Source of the DNA: an uncultured bacterium | Lineage (GTDB): Bacteria; Patescibacteriota; Minisyncoccia; Phycocordibacterales; Phycocordibacteraceae | DNA length: 64,000 nucleotides | NCBI GenBank assembly: GCA_947085505.1 | Contig: CAMTWI010000004.1 | Location: forward strand, 1,800-65,799 | Reading direction: 5' to 3' | In this document: piece after piece, positions 15,998 through 25,286 of the stretch | Numbering within the stretch: position 1 is the first letter of the stretch | How the letters are laid out: every line of letters begins with the position of its first letter | Notes under the pieces: model-generated | Databases searched by the model: none | What the model was told of the DNA's origin: nothing | The model's input: the letters and a program-made list of their open reading frames with translations, nothing else | Position numbers and translations under genes: made by a program

Positions 15998-17146
15998 TTA
16001 CTTCTTCGCTCCCTTCTTCGCTCCTTCGTAGGAGAGTGTCATGCGCTGATCCTTTGGCTCAAAGAGGGTAATGGAGAATGGGTAGGTCTTGCCGAGCTCG
16101 AGAGACTCGCGAAGCTCCACAGGGGAGGCGAACTCTGAGATGTGGACGAGACCTGCAACACCTTCCTCGATGGAGGCGAGAGCTCCGTGCTTGTTGTACT
16201 TGATGATGACACCGGATACTTCCATACCCTTTTGGTAACGGTCACTCGCGGTCTTCCATGGGTTTTCCATGAGAGCCTTTACAGAAAGGGAAACCTTGCC
16301 GTCCTTCACCTCGATAACCTTTACGGATACCTTGTCGCCAACCTTAAAGAGAGTGCGTGGATCTTCAACGAGACCCCAGTCGAGCTCAGAGATGTGCACG
16401 AGACCCTCGAGACCCTGCTCGAGCTTCACGAACACACCGAAGTCAACGGCTCCCGTAACCTCGCCCTCAACAACGTCGCCAACCTGGTACTTGTCGATGA
16501 GCGATGCCTTCTCATTCTCTTCGTCGCCTGCGCGCTCAGAGAAGATAAGCTTGCCCTCCTTCGCGTCCGCTGTAATGATGCGGACCGAAAGCATCTGGCC
16601 GGTAAGCTTCTGAAGCTCGCCGAAGATCTTGTCCTTGTCGCCCTCAGGAACGCGCGGGTAGTGTTCCTTGGTGAGCTGGGAAGCCGGAAGGAATCCCTGG
16701 ATGCCCTGCCACGAGAGAATGAGGCCGCCCTTGTTCGCCTCGTCGACGGTAAGGGTGTAGACGGTCTGTCCTGCGATAGCGAGTTCAGCCTCGCTCCAGA
16801 TAGCGGCCTGGCGAGCCTCCTTAAGAGAGAGCTCGATGTAGCCATCAAGTCCCGCTGCGTCAACAACCTTTGCGGAGATTGTATCGCCAGGGTTCGCTTT
16901 GCGGAGAACGTCTGCGGCGTTTAGGTACTCGCGGCCGTAGATGATACCGGTACCAAACGGAGGAAGGTCTACATAGAGACGTCCGCGGACGAGCTCGATG
17001 ATAGTTCCTTCGATAAGGTCGCCAGCACGTGGCGGGGTAGCAATACCGTCAAGCATCCCCTCCATGGGGTGTCCTGGCTCTACAGTAACGGTCGAGACAA
17101 CTGGGGGAGCTTTGCGCTCCTCAGTTGCCTGAGTTTCTTCAGGCAT
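15998..17146 (-). CDS. rpsA: 30S ribosomal protein S1
   Basis: 382 aa with four S1 (OB-fold) repeats, e.g. GDVVEGEVTGAVDFGVFVKL..GLVHISEL and GMEVSGVIIKYNKHGALASI..GLVHISEF. Confidence 0.9.
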   Translation of the reverse strand: MPEETQATEERKAPPVVSTVTVEPGHPMEGMLDGIATPPRAGDLIEGTIIELVRGRLYVDLPPFGTGIIYGREYLNAADVLRKANPGDTISAKVVDAAGLDGYIELSLKEARQAAIWSEAELAIAGQTVYTLTVDEANKGGLILSWQGIQGFLPASQLTKEHYPRVPEGDKDKIFGELQKLTGQMLSVRIITADAKEGKLIFSERAGDEENEKASLIDKYQVGDVVEGEVTGAVDFGVFVKLEQGLEGLVHISELDWGLVEDPRTLFKVGDKVSVKVIEVKDGKVSLSVKALMENPWKTASDRYQKGMEVSGVIIKYNKHGALASIEEGVAGLVHISEFASPVELRESLELGKTYPFSITLFEPKDQRMTLSYEGAKKGAKK

Positions 17147-17263
17147 GATTAGAATACGAGGCGCTCATATGTGACGGGTACTAGCTGCCTTTCGGTATGC
17201 CAGGGATAGCCCGCTCACGGCTTGTATACGCGCTCGCGATAGGGAAAAGCTATCATATATATA

Positions 17264-17299
17264 GGTAAAAAAGAAGCCCCCGCGTATTAGGCGGGGGCT
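17264..17299 (-). terminator. Intrinsic terminator at the left edge of the high-GC island
   Basis: Minus strand: GCCCCCGC-CTAATAC-GCGGGGGC followed by TTCTTTTTT. Confidence 0.7.
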
Positions 17300-17433
17300 G
17301 CTGATTATGACCCTTGCGGGTACGAGCCCTGGTGTTACTTCAGCCTTTGACTGAAGCTCGTCAGGGTGTCACGTCGGTCACCTCCATCGTAGCCATTGCG
17401 GGTTGCAGGCGTGCGCTCGGCGCCGCCCAGGGA

Positions 17434-17559
17434 TCAGGCCGCGGTGTTGATGCCGGCGGCGATGGTCGGCGGCGAGGCGGCCGGGGCGATCAGGATCATG
17501 GCGGCCATCAGGCCGGCGGAAAACTCAGAAGCAAGGGACTTGTTCGGCGGTCGCTGCAT
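17434..17559 (-). CDS. 41-aa hydrophobic/Pro-Ala-rich small ORF
   Basis: Not in the ORF track. Sequence MQRPPNKSLASEFSAGLMAAMILIAPAASPPTIAAGINTAA. SD GAGGAG lies 8 nt upstream. Has its own TTGACA promoter and a downstream terminator. Very GC-rich. Confidence 0.4.
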   Translation of the reverse strand: MQRPPNKSLASEFSAGLMAAMILIAPAASPPTIAAGINTAA

Positions 17560-17596
17560 TGGTGTTTCTCCTCTTGATGCAGGCTTGAACAGATGT

Positions 17597-17624
17597 AAGT
17601 TAACACACCCCAAAATATTGTCAA
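17597..17624 (-). promoter_or_regulatory. Sigma70-like promoter of the 41-aa ORF
   Basis: Minus strand: TATTGACA-N16-TAACTT. Confidence 0.5.
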
Positions 17625-17640
17625 TACTCTGTGGATATGT

Positions 17641-17681
17641 CGTAATAAAAGGAAAAGGCTCGGACCGAGTGGGTCCGAGCC
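17641..17681 (-). terminator. Intrinsic terminator after the 349-aa gene
   Basis: Minus strand: GGCTCGGACC-loop-GGTCCGAGCC followed by TTTTCCTTTTATT. Confidence 0.7.
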
Positions 17682-17707
17682 TGCCTCCTAAGAGGACTTA
17701 AAGGTTC

Positions 17708-18757
17708 TTACTTCTTCTTGTTCGACTTGCCTTTGAGGGACATGTCGGCCGAGGAACCCCGACGGGCCTGACGTTCGGCCTGGTCACGCTGCGAGCGCGC
17801 GGCCAGTTTGGCTTTGCGTGCAGGCGGCGGGCCTTTGGATCGAGTCGCCGACACCGTCGGCAGCGGGGTGCTCGTCACTTCGTTGACCGTCCCGCGCTTG
17901 GCGCAGGTGATCTTGAAGCGCAGGGCGTAGTCCGGCCGGTGCTGCAGTGCGTCGAGGACGTGCTGCTGCACACCTCGGCCCAGCAGGCCGCGATCACCGT
18001 CGTCCTCGAGCAGCTTGTAGGCCGCTTCGAAGACCGCGGGCGAACGCTTGCCGCCCACAGCCAGCACGGCGACGAGCTCGTGGTAGAGCTTGTCTTCCGC
18101 GCGGGTGCGCTGATCACCCTTCAGCTCCTCGCGCAGGCGCGCTTGGGACTGACGGATGTACAGGATGCGGATGTCAGCCACATCCTCGGTGCTGAGGTTC
18201 TTGATCTCGAGCGTGCCGTCGGTGTTGGCCAGCTTGCGGACGTTGCCGTCCGCGTACAGGATGTCGATGGACTCGCCGTCGGTGAGGCCGATCAGCATCT
18301 CGTCCTGGTAATTGGAGCTGGTCACGACGCTGCCGTCGGTGACGATCTTCGAGGAGAATGCCTCCTTGAACGTCGTACCCTTCGTGCGGGCGAACTTGGT
18401 GTCCACGTGCACGAGAACGGAATCGTCGGCCTTCATGCGCTGCCGGAGCAGCGGAAGCTGTCCGTCCTTGCCGGCCCAGCGGATGCTGGCGGCCCGGACG
18501 ATGTGGGCTTCGTTGATCGCGCACGGCTGGTGCGAATCAACCATGATGTAGCGTTTGCCGATGAACAGCGGCGGCTGGGTCTGCATCGAGGAATTGACGT
18601 TCAGGAGGAGACCCTCCTCGAGAACGCCTTCCAGGAAGCGGAAGCAGTTGGTGGCCGGCTGGACGATGCCCAGCTGCGGCGCCTTCAGACCCCGAAGGGA
18701 CTGGGCCGGGTGGGCAGCGACGAAGTCGATGTGGTCCTGGGTGTTTTCGGCGGACAT
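17708..18757 (-). CDS. Hypothetical 349-aa protein with basic C-terminal tail (high-GC island)
   Basis: Long ORF with a GC-rich third-position style unlike its neighbours. The C-terminus is lysine/arginine-rich (ARKAKLAARSQRDQAERQARR..KGKSNKKK). No recognisable domain. Confidence 0.6.
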   Translation of the reverse strand: MSAENTQDHIDFVAAHPAQSLRGLKAPQLGIVQPATNCFRFLEGVLEEGLLLNVNSSMQTQPPLFIGKRYIMVDSHQPCAINEAHIVRAASIRWAGKDGQLPLLRQRMKADDSVLVHVDTKFARTKGTTFKEAFSSKIVTDGSVVTSSNYQDEMLIGLTDGESIDILYADGNVRKLANTDGTLEIKNLSTEDVADIRILYIRQSQARLREELKGDQRTRAEDKLYHELVAVLAVGGKRSPAVFEAAYKLLEDDGDRGLLGRGVQQHVLDALQHRPDYALRFKITCAKRGTVNEVTSTPLPTVSATRSKGPPPARKAKLAARSQRDQAERQARRGSSADMSLKGKSNKKK

Positions 18758-18813
18758 GAGCAGTCCCTTTCAAGAATCTGAAGGATGCAAAAGCGCATAC
18801 CTTATCCTCTTTA

Positions 18814-18842
18814 ATACTATCATATACTATACATATTGTCAA
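18814..18842 (-). promoter_or_regulatory. Consensus sigma70 promoter of the 349-aa gene
   Basis: Minus strand: TATTGACA-N17-TAGTAT. A T8 tract (plus 18852-18859) sits in UP-element position. Confidence 0.6.
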
Positions 18843-18892
18843 TAGTATGGTAAAAAAAAGACCCACCCCAAAAGGGCAGGCGAGAAGGGAAA

Positions 18893-18955
18893 GAGCTGAC
18901 CCAATCTGGTGTCGGCAACCCGGAAGAACCGGCAGGAACCCAGATGGGTCAGCTC
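18893..18955. repeat. Long imperfect inverted repeat in the island's non-coding arm
   Basis: GAGCTGACCCAATCTGG ... CCAGATGGGTCAGCTC (16 bp, one bulge) enclosing CCGGAAGAACCGG. Confidence 0.6.
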
Positions 18956-19082
18956 TCCGCGCAGCGGCCAACGCGCGCTATAAGAGCCGTATCACTCAAG
19001 CCTCTATTGCGACGCGTATGGCCTGTGCACAGTCCTGACCTCCCTACCTACTCCCCTACAATTGCGGTATAATGAAGGGAAC

Positions 19083-19724
19083 ATGGTCATCACCCACCAC
19101 GGCGGGCAGTGCTTCAAGATCACCCAAGGCGACCTCACGATCGTCTTCGATCCTATATCCAAAGGAGGCTCGCTGCCTGCGGTTCGTTTTGGTGCGGATC
19201 TCGCACTCGTAACCCGAAAGCACACCGACATGAACGGAACCGATGAGGTCTCCTTCGGCGGTAAGGAACCATTTGTTATCGACGGGCCGGGCGAGTACGA
19301 ACATTCAGGTGTCAGGGTCCAGGGCTTCCTCACAAAAAGTCAGTACCAGCCAGTGAAGGGAGCTTTGGACGCAATTAATACCGTCTATGCTATTACCGTT
19401 GACGGCATGACCCTCGTACACCTCGGCGCGCTCTCAGACCCGATGCTTTCTCATGACGCGCGGGAAGCTATCGACGAGATCGATGTCCTCTTTGTGCCAG
19501 TGGGTGGCGCGGGTGTGCTTTCACCTGCTGAAGCCTCGAAGCTTGCAGTTACCCTGCAGCCGAAGATCATCATCCCAATGCACTGGTCGGGGATGGGCGA
19601 GGCAAAGTCCCTTGAGGCCTTCCTTGGAGACGACAGCAAGGACGTTGAGAAGGTAGACAAGCTTACCCTTAAGAAGAAGGATGCTGCAGAGAAAGACGGT
19701 GCTATCATCGTGATAACCCCCTAA
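19083..19724 (+). CDS. MBL-fold metal-dependent hydrolase (UPF0173-like)
   Basis: Start moved to ATG 19083 (MVITHHGGQCFKI) because TATAAT at 19067-19072 lies inside the longer ORF. LALVTRKHTDMNG and VPVGG motifs. Confidence 0.75.
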   Translation: MVITHHGGQCFKITQGDLTIVFDPISKGGSLPAVRFGADLALVTRKHTDMNGTDEVSFGGKEPFVIDGPGEYEHSGVRVQGFLTKSQYQPVKGALDAINTVYAITVDGMTLVHLGALSDPMLSHDAREAIDEIDVLFVPVGGAGVLSPAEASKLAVTLQPKIIIPMHWSGMGEAKSLEAFLGDDSKDVEKVDKLTLKKKDAAEKDGAIIVITP

Positions 19725-19728
19725 CCCT

Positions 19729-20109
19729 ATGGCTACCGAACGCATCATCGATCACATCGACCGCCTCCGGGAGAAGCCGGAGCATGTGCGGCATCGCATT
19801 GCAGTTTTAACTGCCGCCGGCATCACGGGAATCGTTGCGGTTACCTGGATGGGAGCACTCGCGAGTTCAGGGACGCTTGCGCTTAAAACTGGAGCGACTC
19901 CAGAGAATGGATCTGGTACCGGGGAGGTAACGAAGGCTATCTCGGAATCAACATCTGCGTTCTCCAATCTCATGGGTGCTGCAGGGGCAGCATTCAATGC
20001 AACAAGTACTGAAGCAGCACTTCAGATAATCGAGACCCGAACCTCGTCCACGCTTGATGCAAAAGTAGGGCCTGCAAACGCGACGAATAAGACCGTTATT
20101 CCTTTTTAG
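19729..20109 (+). CDS. Hypothetical single-pass membrane protein
   Basis: 126 aa. TM helix VLTAAGITGIVAVTWMGALA. Translationally adjacent to its neighbours. Confidence 0.5.
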   Translation: MATERIIDHIDRLREKPEHVRHRIAVLTAAGITGIVAVTWMGALASSGTLALKTGATPENGSGTGEVTKAISESTSAFSNLMGAAGAAFNATSTEAALQIIETRTSSTLDAKVGPANATNKTVIPF

Positions 20110-20112
20110 TAC

Positions 20113-22596
20113 ATGGCAAAGAAAGCAGTTGTTCCAGAGGAGCCGATTGTACCGCGTATAAACGTGGTTGATCAGTCTATTGTCGGCGAAATGCGTGCGT
20201 CGTACCTCGACTACGCGATGTCCGTGATAACGAGTCGTGCTCTTCCTGACGTCCGCGACGGATTGAAGCCGGTACATCGCCGAATCCTCTACGCGATGCG
20301 CATGACGGGACTTACGCCGTCCGCTAAGTTCCGCAAGTCAGCAACGGTGGTGGGAGAGGTGCTCGGTTCATACCACCCGCACGGCGACAGTTCGGTATAC
20401 GACGCGATGGTGAAGCTCGCGCAAGACTTTGCAACGCGCTACCCGCTCGTGCAGGGCCAGGGTAACTTCGGTTCGATAGACGGGGATCCGGCCGCTGCCT
20501 ACCGCTATACCGAAGCAAAGATGTCGCGTCTTGCGGACGAGATGCTCAAGGATCTTGAGAAGGAGACTATTGAGTGGTCTCCGAACTTTGATGGCTCAAA
20601 GCAGGAACCATCGGTGCTTCCGGCTGCCGTTCCGAATCTTCTTTTGAACGGTACGCTCGGTATTGCCGTTGGTATGGCAACGAACATCCCGCCGCATAAC
20701 CTGCGCGAGGTAGTTGCGGCAACCACACACCTTATTGATGACCCTGACGCAACCATCGACGATCTCCTTACCCATGTAAAGGGACCTGACTTCCCTTTGG
20801 GTGCTGTTGCGTTTAATCAGGCTGACATCAAGCACGCCTATACCACCGGCCGCGGTGGTGTGGTCGTACGCGGGGAAGCCGATATTGTTGAGGAGAAGAA
20901 GGGTACGTCAATCATCATCACCTCAATTCCCTACCGCGTGAACAAGGCGGATCTCATTACCCGCATTGCAGACCTCGTTCGGGACAAGAAGCTCGAGGGC
21001 GTGAAGGACCTGAGGGACGAATCCACAACCGACATCCGCATCAATGTGGAGTTGAAGGGCAGTGCGCACCCACAGGCAGTGTTGAATAATCTCTATAAGT
21101 ACACGGAGCTCGAGTCGACGTTCCATTACAACATGCTCGCGCTCGTTGATGGGGTTCCCGAGACTCTTTCCCTAAAGGGCATGCTTGAGAGCTTCATCAG
21201 CCACCGCAAGGAGGTAGTGAAGCGTCGCACTGAATTTGAGCTTAAGAAGGCACAGGAGCGTGAGCACATCTTGCTCGGTCTTTCAAAAGCGCTCGACCAT
21301 ATTGACGAGGTTATCGCCACCATCAAGAAGGCGAAGGATGTGCCAGATGCGTCTGTGCAGCTTCAGAAGAAGTTTGGCTTCTCTATTATCCAAGCGGCTG
21401 CCATTCTCGACATGCGCCTCCAGAAGCTTGCAGGCCTTGAGCGCAAAAAGATTGAGGACGAACTCAAAGAAGTACAGGATCTTATAAAGCGCCTCCAGAA
21501 GATTCTTTCCTCAGCAAAGAATATTCTTGCGGTTGTCCGCGAGGAGTTACAGGTAATCTCTGAGAAGTACGGAGACGATCGCCGTACAAAGATTGTGAAG
21601 GGGGGTGTGAAAAATATTTCTATAGAAGACCTCGTTGCAGACGAGGAATCCGTACTCGTGCTTACCCAAGGCGGCTACGTAAAGCGTACAAATCCTGAGG
21701 AGTTCAAGCTCCAAAAGCGTGGTGGCGTTGGTGTTATCGACATGTCCACAAAAGAAGAAGACGTCGTAACGCATTTCCTCGCAACAACGGCGCACTCCGA
21801 CCTCCTCTTCTTTACGGATTTTGGCAAGGCGTACCAGCTCAAGATGTACGAGCTTCCAGAAGGAAAGCGCGCAACCAAGGGCAAGAGCATCATGAATTTC
21901 TTACAGCTTTCCGCTGAAGAGAAGGTAACGAGCGTGCTTGCGATGCCAAAGATTGAGAAAGGAAGCGGGGCACGTGACGCGCTTTCCGTGTTCCTTGTAA
22001 CCGAGTGCGGCACTATTAAGAAGGTAGAGGCGAAGTCGTTTGCGGACGTGCGCCGTTCCGGCATCATCGCTATTGCCCTTAAGGGCGGCGACAAGCTCGT
22101 CTCTGCACACCTTGCAGCCCCCGGAGACTCTGTATCGATTGTGACAGCCGAAGGTCAGTCCATTCGTTTCGATGAGAGTGAGACTCGCGCTATGGGACGC
22201 ACCGCAGCCGGGGTGCGCGGTATGACGGTTAAGAAGGGAGACCGCATTGTCTCAGCTGAGGTGGTGCCAGCAGAAGCCGGCAACAACGCCTCGCTCCTGG
22301 TTATCATGGACAAGGGATACGGAAAGAAGACTTCCCTTTCAGAGTACAAGATTCAGGGACGTGGAGGGTCTGGTATCAAGACCGCCGACGTAACCGCAAA
22401 GACCGGAAAGATCATCGGCGCCAAGGTGCTTATTGGGGACGAAGCAAAGGACGAAGAGCTCGTGGTTATCTCGAAGAAGGGTCAGGTTATCCGTTGCTCG
22501 GCAGGAGAGATCTCAACACTCTCCCGTGCAACGCAGGGCGTGCGTATTATGAAGATGCGCGAAGGGGATTCGATCGCATCGATGGTAGCTCTCTAA
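20113..22596 (+). CDS. gyrA: DNA gyrase subunit A
   Basis: 827 aa. [28 protein letters not shown] and the [14 protein letters not shown] region with catalytic Tyr context [12 protein letters not shown]-terminal beta-pinwheel repeats. Confidence 0.95.
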   Translation: MAKKAVVPEEPIVPRINVVDQSIVGEMRASYLDYAMSVITSRALPDVRDGLKPVHRRILYAMRMTGLTPSAKFRKSATVVGEVLGSYHPHGDSSVYDAMVKLAQDFATRYPLVQGQGNFGSIDGDPAAAYRYTEAKMSRLADEMLKDLEKETIEWSPNFDGSKQEPSVLPAAVPNLLLNGTLGIAVGMATNIPPHNLREVVAATTHLIDDPDATIDDLLTHVKGPDFPLGAVAFNQADIKHAYTTGRGGVVVRGEADIVEEKKGTSIIITSIPYRVNKADLITRIADLVRDKKLEGVKDLRDESTTDIRINVELKGSAHPQAVLNNLYKYTELESTFHYNMLALVDGVPETLSLKGMLESFISHRKEVVKRRTEFELKKAQEREHILLGLSKALDHIDEVIATIKKAKDVPDASVQLQKKFGFSIIQAAAILDMRLQKLAGLERKKIEDELKEVQDLIKRLQKILSSAKNILAVVREELQVISEKYGDDRRTKIVKGGVKNISIEDLVADEESVLVLTQGGYVKRTNPEEFKLQKRGGVGVIDMSTKEEDVVTHFLATTAHSDLLFFTDFGKAYQLKMYELPEGKRATKGKSIMNFLQLSAEEKVTSVLAMPKIEKGSGARDALSVFLVTECGTIKKVEAKSFADVRRSGIIAIALKGGDKLVSAHLAAPGDSVSIVTAEGQSIRFDESETRAMGRTAAGVRGMTVKKGDRIVSAEVVPAEAGNNASLLVIMDKGYGKKTSLSEYKIQGRGGSGIKTADVTAKTGKIIGAKVLIGDEAKDEELVVISKKGQVIRCSAGEISTLSRATQGVRIMKMREGDSIASMVAL

Positions 22597-22609
22597 CACA
22601 AACTTATCT

Positions 22610-22996
22610 ATGAACATGGAACGTCCGGGAGATATCGGACCGAACGCGCTGAGGAGCGTACCGAACGAGGGAAGGAAGCTGGATGCGGATCCGTACCGCA
22701 AGCTCACCCTCGGCGAAGCGCTCACCAATGCGCTCACGCCTGAAGAGTCTGCACAGTACCAAGCCGTACTGTTCGCGCGGTCCCTCGCGGACCTACGTGC
22801 TGCTATGGACGCATTCAACGAGGTGAGTACACCTAAGAAGGCGTCGCAACTTAACATGTCGCTTGCGGACATGATCATCGACGACGAGCCGCTCTCGCTT
22901 GATGTTCATGACCTACCGAGCGATGTGCGTGTCGTGGTGCGCCGCGGGATGGATGGTAAGACCTCGATGCATTTCGTAGATGTGCCTGCCGCCTAG
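22610..22996 (+). CDS. Hypothetical protein
   Basis: 128-aa ORF downstream of gyrA. No motif recognised. Confidence 0.45.
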   Translation: MNMERPGDIGPNALRSVPNEGRKLDADPYRKLTLGEALTNALTPEESAQYQAVLFARSLADLRAAMDAFNEVSTPKKASQLNMSLADMIIDDEPLSLDVHDLPSDVRVVVRRGMDGKTSMHFVDVPAA

Positions 22997-23047
22997 TGCG
23001 TGTTGATTGCGAGCCGCTTTATGCGGCTCGCTTGCTATACTCTTTAT

Positions 23048-23578
23048 ATGAATTTCAGTAATCCGCAGAGCAATGTGCTCCAGCTTGGCCTGCGTGAAGG
23101 CATGAAGGTAGCGGACCTGGGAGCAGGTTCCGGACACTATGCAGCTGCGGCTGCTGCAATCGTTGGGCCTGAGGGTCGCGTATATGCAGTAGACATTCAG
23201 GAGGATGTTCTGAAGCACGTGAAGGACCATGCGGAGAGCAAGGGTCTCCGGAACGTGGAGACTCTCTGGGGAAACTTCGAGAAGCTTGGAGGGACTAAGT
23301 TAAGAGATGCTTCGGTTGATGCGGTTATTCTTTCAAACACTCTCTTTCAGCTTGAGCATCGTGAAGGAGCTGTTGCTGAAATGAAGCGCATTTTGAAAAG
23401 TGGTGGGCGACTCCTTGTTGTTGACTGGGCAGGTGCCTATGGAGGTATGGGACCACTTCCGCATCATGTTGTCTCAGAGCATGTCGCAGAAGAGCTCTTC
23501 ATCGGTGCAGGTTTTCACAAGGTGAAGGATTTCCGTGCTGGGCCTCATCATTACTCCATAGTCTTTACTGCGCCGTAA
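23048..23578 (+). CDS. Class I SAM-dependent methyltransferase
   Basis: Start moved to ATG 23048. Motif I VADLGAGSGHYA; post-I/II YAVDIQ; GGRLLVVDW. Confidence 0.75.
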   Translation: MNFSNPQSNVLQLGLREGMKVADLGAGSGHYAAAAAAIVGPEGRVYAVDIQEDVLKHVKDHAESKGLRNVETLWGNFEKLGGTKLRDASVDAVILSNTLFQLEHREGAVAEMKRILKSGGRLLVVDWAGAYGGMGPLPHHVVSEHVAEELFIGAGFHKVKDFRAGPHHYSIVFTAP

Positions 23579-23579
23579 T

Positions 23580-24884
23580 ATGGCTAACTTGAAACCGTTC
23601 CAGGTGATTATTATGGGAATCTTCGGATTCATCGCGCTTGCGGGCCTGTTTCTGTTTGCAAACTTCCAAGGCTTTTCAAGCGGGGTACCCAAAGTTGGTA
23701 CCGTATTTATATGGGGTACGCTTCCCGCGGACTCAATGAACGCAGCCCTCATGGCATTCAAGGAGTCACATCAGGAGTATGGGAAGGTTACCTACACAGA
23801 GCGACCCCAGGAGACATTTGATGCAGATGTTGCAGAAGCGATTGCGTCAGGACGAGGTCCAGATCTCCTTATCCTCACCCAGGAAGATCTTCTTGCAGCA
23901 CAAGCGAAGCTTTCTCCAATCCCCTCGTCTTCAATCTCTGAACGTGATTTTAGGGATACCTATCTCCCGATACATGAGATCTTCTTGATTCAGGGAGGAA
24001 CCTACGCCATCCCATTTCTTGTTGATCCGCTTGTCCTTTATTACAACCGGCCAATTCTCGCCTCTTCAGGTGCGGCACAGCCGCCTTCAACCTGGGAGGC
24101 GGTCTCCGGGCTCGCAGCAACCGTGAATAGGCAGACCGATGCGCAAACCGTAACAAGAAGCCTCATTGCACTTGGTACGTATGAGAACATTGAGAATGCC
24201 CGCGCGATTCTATCGCTTTTGTTCCTTCAGGCGGGATACGACATAAGCGAACGAACCGCTACAGGAGCACGCTCAGACCTCTCAGACGCGCTTAACAATG
24301 TGTTTGGTATGGCACCGGCCGAGAGCGCCCTTAACTTTTACACGGAGTTCTCAAATCCAGGGAAAACGGTGTATTCATGGAATCGTTCTCTTCCCAATAG
24401 CCGACAGGCATTCATAGCCGGAGATCTAGCGCTCTATCTAGGCTATGCATCAGAGCGCAGACAACTTGCCACTGCTAATCCAAACCTCGACTTTGATATG
24501 AGTGCCGCGCCAATGCCTGGTACGAATACGACACGCACAACGTATGGCCGTGCGTATGGGTTCGCGATACCTAGAGCAACTCAGAATGGTGAAGGAGCCC
24601 TGAGGGTAGCACTCACGCTTTCTGAACGTAATTCAGTACCGATATTCGCGAGAGCATTGGGCATGGCACCTGCGCATCGTGGTGCCCTTGCTCCTTTGGC
24701 GGGCGATCTCTTTGAGCCGGTCTATTACCCGGAGGCGCTTGTTGCACGGGCCTGGCTCTCCCCAGCACCACGCGAGACTGATCGCATCTTTGCTACCATG
24801 ATTAATAACGTGCTCTCTGGAAGGGAAGGCATTAGTAGTGCCATAACAACCGCCAGCCAGTCCCTCAACGCAGCATTCAAGTAA
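23580..24884 (+). CDS. Membrane-anchored extracellular solute-binding-like protein
   Basis: 434 aa. N-terminal TM (IIMGIFGFIALAGLFLFA). DLLILTQEDLL, IPFLVDPLVLYYNRPIL and WEAV resemble family-1 ABC substrate-binding proteins. No permease or ATPase gene is adjacent. Confidence 0.6.
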   Translation: MANLKPFQVIIMGIFGFIALAGLFLFANFQGFSSGVPKVGTVFIWGTLPADSMNAALMAFKESHQEYGKVTYTERPQETFDADVAEAIASGRGPDLLILTQEDLLAAQAKLSPIPSSSISERDFRDTYLPIHEIFLIQGGTYAIPFLVDPLVLYYNRPILASSGAAQPPSTWEAVSGLAATVNRQTDAQTVTRSLIALGTYENIENARAILSLLFLQAGYDISERTATGARSDLSDALNNVFGMAPAESALNFYTEFSNPGKTVYSWNRSLPNSRQAFIAGDLALYLGYASERRQLATANPNLDFDMSAAPMPGTNTTRTTYGRAYGFAIPRATQNGEGALRVALTLSERNSVPIFARALGMAPAHRGALAPLAGDLFEPVYYPEALVARAWLSPAPRETDRIFATMINNVLSGREGISSAITTASQSLNAAFK

Positions 24885-24886
24885 CC

Positions 24887-25285
24887 ATGACCTCTATGAA
24901 GAAAAGTCTCTGGATTGGTATCGGTGCCTTACTAGCACTTGTTCAGCCGCTATCGGTTGCTGCCCAGCCCACACCTCCCAACACACCTCCTCCAACTACT
25001 GGATCATGTGGTAGTAGTGGGGGGCTTACCAATCCGTTGAATGGGGTCTGTTCACTCTCTGACTTCCTAAAAGCGATTCTCGCGGGTGTCGTCCAGATTG
25101 GTACGATTATTCTCATTATGATGCTCGTGTATGTCGGCTTCTTGTTCGTTGCCGCACGCGGGAACGCAGAGAAGCTTCAAAGCGCGAAGAGCGCCCTTGT
25201 ATGGACCGTTATCGGTGGGCTTATCCTTCTCGGTGCTACTTCTATACAGCTTGTGATCGAGGGAACGGTTAACTCACTCCGTTAG
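24887..25285 (+). CDS. TrbC/VirB2-like (pilin-like) small membrane protein, divergent member
   Basis: 132 aa. Signal peptide (..LVQPLSVAAQP), Pro/Thr linker, two TM helices separated by ARGNAEKLQSAKS. Confidence 0.55.
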   Translation: MTSMKKSLWIGIGALLALVQPLSVAAQPTPPNTPPPTTGSCGSSGGLTNPLNGVCSLSDFLKAILAGVVQIGTIILIMMLVYVGFLFVAARGNAEKLQSAKSALVWTVIGGLILLGATSIQLVIEGTVNSLR

Positions 25286-25286
25286 T

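Noticed and set aside
17338-17364. Hammerhead-ribozyme-like CUGACGAG followed by a hairpin in the 3' UTR of the 41-aa ORF (minus strand).
   Set aside because: After the stem-loop the sequence is UAAC rather than the required GAAA core, and no consistent stems I/III and cleavage site could be built.
18852-18859. The A8/T8 tract as a rho-independent terminator of a minus-strand ncRNA.
   Set aside because: No stable GC hairpin immediately precedes it. It lies at -45 to -55 of the TTGACA-N17-TAGTAT promoter, so it fits an UP element better.
18893-18955. SRP (4.5S) RNA-like hairpin: GGUGUCGGCAACCCGGAAGAACCGGCAGGAACCCAGAUG vs the E. coli domain IV CCAGGUCAGGUCCGGAAGGAAGCAGCCAAGGCAGAUG.
   Set aside because: The GGAA loop is not closed as in SRP, the conserved AGCA/GGAA symmetric-loop residues are missing, and no promoter or terminator defines an RNA on either strand.
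17314-18971. Many long ORFs on both strands inside the GC-rich island (e.g. 17939..18781 +, 18174..18524 -, 18537..18971 -, 17396..17701 +).
   Set aside because: High GC suppresses stop codons in all frames. These ORFs overlap the 349-aa gene or its promoter and terminator, have Arg/Pro/Ala-rich junk-like composition, and have no start context. Only 17708..18757 and the 41-aa ORF have promoter/SD/terminator support.
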